Under the pieces are notes generated by a model. It had not been told where the DNA came from, did no database searches, and saw only the letters and a program-made list of their open reading frames with translations. A stretch of 64,000 nucleotides of DNA from Planctomycetota bacterium (GTDB lineage: Bacteria; Planctomycetota; UBA1135; UBA2386). Below are positions 57,834 to 64,000 of this stretch, piece after piece. Numbering within the stretch: position 1 is the stretch's first letter; every line of letters begins with the position of its first letter. The position numbers were made by a program, and so were the translations under genes. The stretch spans positions 1,408,001-1,472,000 of the forward strand of contig OZ245006.1 in NCBI GenBank assembly GCA_965223545.1. Reading direction: 5' to 3'.

Positions 57834-58916
57834 TCAGAGCTCCTCGATGCGCGCCTCCCGGTCGGCGCGCAGCAGCGCCTGCATGACCGGCTCCAGGCCG
57901 CCGGCCATCACCTGGGCCAGCGCGAAGTTCTTCCCGATGCGGTGGTCGGTGACCCGGTTTTGCGGGAAATTGTAGGTGCGGATCCGCATGTTGCGATCGC
58001 CGCTGCCGACCTGCGACTTTCGCTCCTGCGCACGCGCGCTCTGCAGCCGTTGCTGCTCGGCTTCGTAGAGCCGCGAGCGCAGCAACTTGAGTGCCTTGGC
58101 GCGGTTCTTGTGCTGCGACCGCTCTTCCTGGCAGAACACGACCAACCCCGACGGCCTGTGCGTCAACCGCACCGCCGAGGCCACCTTGTTGACGTTCTGA
58201 CCACCGGGGCCCGAGGAGTGCGTCGCCTGGAACTCCAAGTCGCCGTCCTTGATCTCCACCTCGACATCCTCTGCCTCCGGCAGCACCGCGACCGTCGCGG
58301 CCGAGGTGTGGATCCGCCCCTGCGACTCGGTGGCCGGCACGCGCTGCACGCGATGCCCCCCGCTCTCGAACCGCAGGAACTTGAACACCTGCTCGCCACT
58401 GACCGTGACGATCACCTCCTTCAAGCCGTCGCGCTCGGAACGGGAATCCGAGATCGGCTCGACCTTCCAGCCCATCTGCTCGGCGTAGTGCGAGTACATC
58501 TCGAGCAGGTCACGAGCCCAAAGCGCCGCCTCCTCGCCGCCGGTGCCGGCGCGGATCTCGAGGATCGCGTTGCGCCCGCCGTCGCTGGCCTCGGCCAACA
58601 GGTCGTCGACCAGCGCGTCGGCGAGCTCGGTCGCCCGCGCCCGCAGCGCCGGCTGCTCGGCGGCGGCCAACTCGCGCAGCTCCGGATCGCCACCCGGCGC
58701 CAGCAGCTCTTCGGCCTCGGCCAGCTGGGTCACGACCTCGCGGTAGTCCTGGTAGCGCGCCACGGTGGCCCGCAACCCGCCGATCTCGCGCTGCATCGCG
58801 GCGAGCTGCCGCGACTGCGCCATCTCGGGTTGCGCGGCGCGATCCATCAGCTCGTCGAGGCGCGCGACCATCCGGTCCAGACGCGCCGCGATCCTGGGAC
58901 GCAGCAGCTCGGTCAC
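57834..58916 (-). CDS. prfA: Peptide chain release factor 1
   Basis: [21 protein letters not shown] (PxT specifies RF1), [19 protein letters not shown]. Confidence 0.97.
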   Translation of the reverse strand: MTELLRPRIAARLDRMVARLDELMDRAAQPEMAQSRQLAAMQREIGGLRATVARYQDYREVVTQLAEAEELLAPGGDPELRELAAAEQPALRARATELADALVDDLLAEASDGGRNAILEIRAGTGGEEAALWARDLLEMYSHYAEQMGWKVEPISDSRSERDGLKEVIVTVSGEQVFKFLRFESGGHRVQRVPATESQGRIHTSAATVAVLPEAEDVEVEIKDGDLEFQATHSSGPGGQNVNKVASAVRLTHRPSGLVVFCQEERSQHKNRAKALKLLRSRLYEAEQQRLQSARAQERKSQVGSGDRNMRIRTYNFPQNRVTDHRIGKNFALAQVMAGGLEPVMQALLRADREARIEEL

Positions 58917-58962
58917 CGCGAACCTCTACGCAGATCGCGAACGCGGCGCATCGGCCACGCCT

Positions 58963-59169
58963 CTAAGACGTCTTCTTCGCGTAGCGGCGGCGGAACTTGT
59001 CGACGCGGCCCGCGGTGTCCACGAACTTCTGGTTGCCGGTGTAGAACGGATGGCACGCCGAGCAGATGTCGACCTTGATCGCTTCGCGGACGCTGCGCGT
59101 TTCGAACGTGTTGCCGCACGCGCAGCTGACCGTGCAGGTGACGTATTCGGGGTGGATGCCGGACTTCAT
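58963..59169 (-). CDS. rpmE: 50S ribosomal protein L31, Zn-binding type
   Basis: [29 protein letters not shown]. Confidence 0.97.
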   Translation of the reverse strand: MKSGIHPEYVTCTVSCACGNTFETRSVREAIKVDICSACHPFYTGNQKFVDTAGRVDKFRRRYAKKTS

Positions 59170-59220
59170 CGGTGAGAGCGGGCCGGCCCGTGGGAGCCAG
59201 CCGTAAAAAACGGGCCGCGC

Positions 59221-59248
59221 ACTGTAAGCCGGCGCGGGCGAAGTTCAA
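59221..59248 (-). promoter_or_regulatory. Putative sigma70 promoter of rpmE-prfA
   Basis: Minus strand TTGAAC-N16-TACAGT about 50 bp upstream of the rpmE start. Confidence 0.5.
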
Positions 59249-59269
59249 GCGCGGCCAGGCGTCCCGGCC

Positions 59270-59761
59270 TCAGCGGAGCCAGCGCAGCAGGATCCGCCGG
59301 GCCCACGCCGGCGCGTGGACGCCGACCGGCAGCAGCTGATCGGCGCGCAACCCCTGGCCGGCGGAGAGCCTTCCCAACAGCTCGAGCAGCGCCGCCCGGG
59401 CCGGGGGCCCGAGGGCGGCGAGCCCGGTGTCGGGCAGCACCAGCGCCGGCGCGAGCCAGCGTTCTCCCGGGCTCTCGGCCACCGGCGGCCCCCGCCGCAG
59501 GCGGGCGCGCCCCTCCGCGTCCAGCTCCACGACCGGGCCGGCGCCGGCCGGCAGCGCTGCGTCGGGCCCGGCGAGCAGGACGAACCAAACCCCGGGTGAG
59601 TCGAGCTCGGCCAACAGCGCACCGTTGTCCGGGCGCGCATCGACCTCGGGGGCGGCGGCCTCCACCGGCGCTTCTCGCATCAGCAGGGCGTGCAAGCCGA
59701 ACACCAACAGCGAGCCCAGCAGCAGGCCGGCGAACAGGCGAAGCGCGAGACCGTCGATCAC
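59270..59761 (-). CDS. Hypothetical membrane-anchored protein
   Basis: GTG start overlaps the maf stop; N-terminal helix LRLFAGLLLGSLLVFGLHALL. Confidence 0.6.
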   Translation of the reverse strand: MIDGLALRLFAGLLLGSLLVFGLHALLMREAPVEAAAPEVDARPDNGALLAELDSPGVWFVLLAGPDAALPAGAGPVVELDAEGRARLRRGPPVAESPGERWLAPALVLPDTGLAALGPPARAALLELLGRLSAGQGLRADQLLPVGVHAPAWARRILLRWLR

Positions 59762-60318
59762 GGCCGCCCCTCGCTCGCCGCGCGCAGCAAGCGCCGCACG
59801 GCCACCACCGACAGGCCGACGACGGTGTCGAAGTCCCCCTCGACCAGGGTGACGAACGCCCCGGCCTCGGCCTGGATGCCATAGCCGCCGGCGAGCCCGG
59901 TCCAAGCGCCACTGTCGAGGTACGCCTCGCGCTGTTGCGGCGCGAGCGTCGCCACGCGCACGACGGAGGTCGCAAGCTGCTCCGCGCGGACCACCCCGCC
60001 AACCGCGAGACAGTGCCCGGTGTGCACGCGGTGCTGGCGCCCCTGCAACAACTCCAGCATGCGCGCCGCGTCGGCCCGGTCGCGCGGCTTACCGAGCTCG
60101 ACCCCATCGCAATCGACGACGGTGTCGACCCCCAGCACGGGGCTGCCATCCCGCGGCGGCGGAGCCCCCACCGCTTTGGCGCGCGCGCGCTGCCCGGCCC
60201 GCTGCACAGGGCCACCACTGCCCTCCGGTTCGGGCCCGGGCGGCAGCGGGGCAAACGCGATCCCCGCTTCGGTCAGCAACCGAGCGCGGCGCGGCGACGT
60301 CGACGCGAGGTAGAGCAT
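59758..60318 (-). CDS. maf: Maf-family nucleotide pyrophosphatase
   Basis: LYLASTSPRR, LGVDTVV, LGKP, H.V.TG, AGGYGIQ, VVGL. Confidence 0.9.
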   Translation of the reverse strand: MLYLASTSPRRARLLTEAGIAFAPLPPGPEPEGSGGPVQRAGQRARAKAVGAPPPRDGSPVLGVDTVVDCDGVELGKPRDRADAARMLELLQGRQHRVHTGHCLAVGGVVRAEQLATSVVRVATLAPQQREAYLDSGAWTGLAGGYGIQAEAGAFVTLVEGDFDTVVGLSVVAVRRLLRAASEGRP

Positions 60319-60392
60319 GCGGCGTGTCCCCGCGTGATGATGCCCGACGATGCGACGCGGCGCTACATCACGCCGCCGCGGCGTTCCGCGGC

Positions 60393-61133
60393 CTACCGTC
60401 CGCGCTTGCGCTGCGCCAACCGCACCACCGAGAGGGCCGGCGACAGCACGGGTTTGGTACGGACCTTGTCGCTGTCGGGGCCGACGGCAAACGGCAGATG
60501 GCCGAACGGCGCCAGCGCCTCGGCCAGGGTGCCGACCATGGTGACCACGTGCGAAGCGGTCGGGTCGAGCCCGAGGCGCTGCTGCACGCGCACGGTCGAA
60601 CGCGGCGAGAACAGGCACTCTTCGAACAGCATCAGCTGCACGAGAAACTCCTGCATCGGCGGCGTGATCGCCGGCACGCGGACGAAGAAGTGACCGCGAT
60701 CGGTCACCGTCGTCTCGCGCAGGAACTCGAGGGTGACGCCGTTCTGGTCGTTGTAGATCTGACCGATGGTGTCGCGCACCGCCGTGCAGCGGGCGAAGAG
60801 ATCGGGGATCTGCAGATCAGAGAGCAGGTCTTCGACTTCGAACGCCTCGGTGACCCGCAGCTCGTTGCGGTCGACGAAGCCCTGCTCCATGCGCTGCAGG
60901 GCGAGCTGGCCGTAGCCGCAAGGCAAGCCCTCGGCGAGGATGAAGTGCATCAACGCCGCCACCAGATCGCCGCCGCGCGGCTCCTCGGGAGGCGTCAGCG
61001 AGCGGACGACCTCGAGGACCTCCTCGGTGACCCGCTTGCAGTTGGCCGCCGTTGGCGGCAGCGCCTCGCGCGGGTCCGGAGGGGCGGAGACCGCCGCTTT
61101 GCCGCGGCTCTTCTTCTTGGCAGCCAACGACAA
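60393..61133 (-). CDS. Endonuclease III/HhH-GPD-like protein, probably catalytically degenerate
   Basis: FVDRNELRV...EVEDLL segment and RVQQRLGL resemble Nth-like helical domains; no Fe-S cysteine cluster. Confidence 0.55.
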   Translation of the reverse strand: MSLAAKKKSRGKAAVSAPPDPREALPPTAANCKRVTEEVLEVVRSLTPPEEPRGGDLVAALMHFILAEGLPCGYGQLALQRMEQGFVDRNELRVTEAFEVEDLLSDLQIPDLFARCTAVRDTIGQIYNDQNGVTLEFLRETTVTDRGHFFVRVPAITPPMQEFLVQLMLFEECLFSPRSTVRVQQRLGLDPTASHVVTMVGTLAEALAPFGHLPFAVGPDSDKVRTKPVLSPALSVVRLAQRKRGR

Positions 61134-61140
61134 CCGATCC

Positions 61141-61512
61141 TCAGCTGTCCTCGGCCGGGGCAGCGGCCGCGGTGGCGCCCTTCTTCGCCCCCTTCTTGCG
61201 CGGCGGGACGAACGGCTTCGGCTTCGCCTTGCTCTTGCCGCGGACTCGCTTCTTCTTCACCGGCAACTCGATGCCGACCCTGGCGATCAGGCTGCGGGCG
61301 GTCTCGGACGGCTGGGCGCCCACCGACAACCAATGCGACACGCGTTCGCCGTTCAGCTTGACCTGGTCGTCAGCGCGCTTGGCCTTCGGCAGGTAGTAGC
61401 CGAGGGTCTCGATCACGCGGCCGTCCCGCGGCGAGCGGGAATCGGCGGCGCACAGCCGGTAGGTGGGGTGATTGAGGCGACCGAAGCGCTTCAGGCGCAG
61501 CTTGACGACCAA
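61141..61512 (-). CDS. rpsP: 30S ribosomal protein S16 with a basic C-terminal extension
   Basis: VKLRLKRFGR, YRL..ADSRSPRDGR.IE.LGYY, WLSVGAQPSETA; TTG start. Confidence 0.96.
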   Translation of the reverse strand: MVVKLRLKRFGRLNHPTYRLCAADSRSPRDGRVIETLGYYLPKAKRADDQVKLNGERVSHWLSVGAQPSETARSLIARVGIELPVKKKRVRGKSKAKPKPFVPPRKKGAKKGATAAAAPAEDS

Positions 61513-61721
61513 GGGAACCGACTCCAGGAAGAAGGCTTTGGGGTGCCGAGGATCAACGGCGAGGAGGCCCCCCCGCCGACAAAGGGGGAAGACTTATACC
61601 CAGACGCCCGCCGAAAAACCTCCCCCGATCGGCGGAGATTCGCGACCGACGTGGGCCTCGCATCGGCGCCGATCAGGCCGTAAGCACGCGACATCCCTGG
61701 CCTTCCCACCGCGAGCTGCTC

Positions 61722-64000
61722 ATGTTCCTCCCCGCGTCTCTCGCCGCCCACGTCCTGCCGGGCCTCGTCGTCTTGGCGTCGGCGGTGGCCCAGCAGCCCG
61801 CCCGGCTGCTGCGCTTCCCCCACATGCAGGGCGACAAGATCGTCTTCGTCTACGCCGGCGACCTGTGGACCGCCTCCGCTGCCGGCGGCACGGCCCGGCG
61901 CCTCACCAGCTACGACGAGGGGCTCGAGCTGTCGCCGCGCATCTCACCCGACGGGCGTTGGGTCGCCTTCTCGGGTGAATACGCCGGCAGCCGCCAGATC
62001 TACGTCGTGCCGTACGAGGGCGGAACCCCGCGGCAGCTGACCTTCTATCCGGACGTCGGACCGCTGCCCCCGCGCGGCGGCTACGACCACTGGGTCGTCG
62101 ACTGGACCCCCGACGGCAGCAAGATCCTGATCCGCGCCAACCGCACCCCGTACGGCGAGCGCATCGGCCGCTACTTCACGGTCGATCCGGAGCGCGGCGG
62201 CATCCCCGAGCCGCTGGAGATTCCCGAGGGCGGCCCGGCGAGCTTCTCTCCGGACGGCAAGAAGCTCGCCTACAACATCATCAGCCGCGAGTGGCGCACC
62301 TGGAAGCGCTACCGCGCGGGGCGCGCCCAGGACGTGTGGATCTACGACCTCGAGGGGCGCTCGGTACGTCAAGTGACCGACTTCGAGGGCACCGACAACT
62401 TCCCGATGTGGCTGGGGGACACGATCTACTACACCTCGGACCGCGGCGGCACCCTCAACCTGCACGCCTACGATCTGGCGACCGGCGCGCACCGACAGGT
62501 CACGCACGAGACCGAGTGGGACGTGCTGTTTCCCGCGCGCGGCGACACCGGGGTCATCTACGAGTGCGGCGGTGCCCTCCACGTGATGCGCGCCGAGGAC
62601 GAGTCGGTCCGCAAGCTGGAGATCCGCATCGCCGACGACGGTCCCTGGCTGCGACCCCAGTGGAAGTCGGGGACGGTCGCCGACTGGAGTCCAGCGCCGT
62701 CGGCCAAGCGCATCGCGGTCGAGTACCGCGGCGAGCTGTTCTCGGTGCCAGCGGAGCACGGCGAGACCCGGCCGCTGACGCGCACCCCCGACCGGCGCGA
62801 ACGCCAGCCGCGCTGGTCGCCGGACGGCAAGACGCTGGCCTACCTCGCCGAAGTCGGTGACCACTACGAGCTGTGCGTGCGCGATCTCGGCACCGGCGAC
62901 GAACGCGTGCTGACGCGCGGCAGCGACGCCTGGATCCTCGGCCTGACCTGGTCGCCCGACAGCCGCACCCTCGCCTTCACCGACAAGCGCAACCGCTTGC
63001 TCTGCATCGACGCCGCCGGCGGTGACGCGCAGCTGATCGATCGCGGCACGCGGGCCCCGCTGCGCGACGTCGAGTGGTCGCCGGACAGCCGCTGGCTGTG
63101 CTACACCAAGGACGCCGACAACACCTACGACGCGGTGTGGCTCGCCGCCGCCGACGGCGGCACTCCGCCGCGGCGGGTCACCGATCCGTGGCACGACTCG
63201 AGCAGCCCCACGTTCGATCCGGACGGCCGCTATCTCTACTTCGTCTCGGCGCGCGACTTCGCGTTCGACGGTTTCGACGCGGAGCAGAGGCTGTACGCGC
63301 TGCTCTTGCAGGCCGACGCGCCGCATCCCCTGGCGCCGCGCAGCGACGAGGAGCCGGCGCTGGCCAGCGACGACGCCGACGACGACGCCTCGCAGGACGA
63401 GAGTGACGACGAAGCGGCCACCAACAACGAAGCCACCTCCACCGCCGCACCCCTGGCGATCGACTTCGACGGCATCGAGCAGCGCCTCGTGGTGCTGCCC
63501 GGTTCGCCCGGCCGCTACCGCGGCACCGCCGGCGTCGACGGCGGTGTGCTGTTCGTCCACGACGGTGCCCTGCGGCGCTACGACTTGGACAAACGGAAGA
63601 GCGAGGTCGTCCTCGACGCGGCGGTCGGCTTTGCGCTGACCGCCGACCGCAAGACGCTGGTCTATCGCCACGGTGCGGCGCTGTGCGTCGCCCCCGCGAA
63701 GCCCAAGCAGAAGCTGGGCGAGAACGCCGCGCCGCTCGACGGCGTCACCGTCCGGGTCGTGCCGCGGCGCGAGTGGCGGCAGATGTTCCACGACGCGTGG
63801 CGGCTGATGCGCGACTGGTTCTACGACCCCGACATGCACGGCGTCGACTGGCTCGCCATGCGGGCCAAGTACGAGCCGTTGCTGGAGCACGTCGCGCACC
63901 GGGCCGATCTCGACTTCGTCTTGGGCGAGCTGATCGGCGAGCTCAACTGCGGGCACACCTACGTGCAGAGCGGCGAGACGCCGCGGGTCGAGCGGGTGCG
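61722..64000 (+). CDS. Tricorn-type protease (S41), running off the window end and absent from the ORF track
   Basis: ATG 61722, signal peptide, LLRFP..GDKIVFVYAGDLW, SPDG propeller repeats, WKRYRAG, EWRQMFHDAWRLMRDWFYDPDMHGVDW, GELN.GHTY. Confidence 0.92.
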   Translation, partial: MFLPASLAAHVLPGLVVLASAVAQQPARLLRFPHMQGDKIVFVYAGDLWTASAAGGTARRLTSYDEGLELSPRISPDGRWVAFSGEYAGSRQIYVVPYEGGTPRQLTFYPDVGPLPPRGGYDHWVVDWTPDGSKILIRANRTPYGERIGRYFTVDPERGGIPEPLEIPEGGPASFSPDGKKLAYNIISREWRTWKRYRAGRAQDVWIYDLEGRSVRQVTDFEGTDNFPMWLGDTIYYTSDRGGTLNLHAYDLATGAHRQVTHETEWDVLFPARGDTGVIYECGGALHVMRAEDESVRKLEIRIADDGPWLRPQWKSGTVADWSPAPSAKRIAVEYRGELFSVPAEHGETRPLTRTPDRRERQPRWSPDGKTLAYLAEVGDHYELCVRDLGTGDERVLTRGSDAWILGLTWSPDSRTLAFTDKRNRLLCIDAAGGDAQLIDRGTRAPLRDVEWSPDSRWLCYTKDADNTYDAVWLAAADGGTPPRRVTDPWHDSSSPTFDPDGRYLYFVSARDFAFDGFDAEQRLYALLLQADAPHPLAPRSDEEPALASDDADDDASQDESDDEAATNNEATSTAAPLAIDFDGIEQRLVVLPGSPGRYRGTAGVDGGVLFVHDGALRRYDLDKRKSEVVLDAAVGFALTADRKTLVYRHGAALCVAPAKPKQKLGENAAPLDGVTVRVVPRREWRQMFHDAWRLMRDWFYDPDMHGVDWLAMRAKYEPLLEHVAHRADLDFVLGELIGELNCGHTYVQSGETPRVERV

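Noticed and set aside
57834..58916. Release factor 2 with a programmed frameshift
   Set aside because: The PAT motif and uninterrupted frame identify RF1.
61513..61720. SRP RNA or other known ncRNA next to rpsP
   Set aside because: No SRP domain-IV consensus is visible; the region fits divergent promoters.

Overview
High-GC bacterial chromosomal window. The gene families (DUF1800/DUF1501 pair, secreted WEWDG-repeat propeller proteins, ECF-like proteins, endonuclease-III-like orphan beside rpsP) suggest a Planctomycetota genome, possibly an OM190/UBA1135-like lineage; this is an inference, not a phylogenetic result. About 55 protein genes are supportable. They include a minus-strand glycosyltransferase/PIG-L cluster (1.4-13.5 kb) interrupted by BIME/REP-like palindromic repeats, transport and secreted-protein genes, a low-GC islet with a Zn-ribbon/DUF4145 (HEPN-like) gene, and a putative envelope operon (secretin-like lipoprotein, 1795-aa DUF748 protein, secretin-N0-like lipoprotein, dprA). 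The right end is a core block: ssb, prmC, prfA, rpmE, maf, rpsP and a truncated tricorn protease gene. The strongest candidate for an undescribed system is a two-gene operon at 52051-54797. It encodes an actin-fold ATPase that resembles archaeal volactin rather than MreB, FtsA or ParM. Its upstream partner is a long coiled-coil protein ending in a basic amphipathic tail, and the operon has a long structured leader. No rRNA, tRNA, CRISPR array or intact transposase was found. All family assignments come from motif recognition by eye, without database searches.
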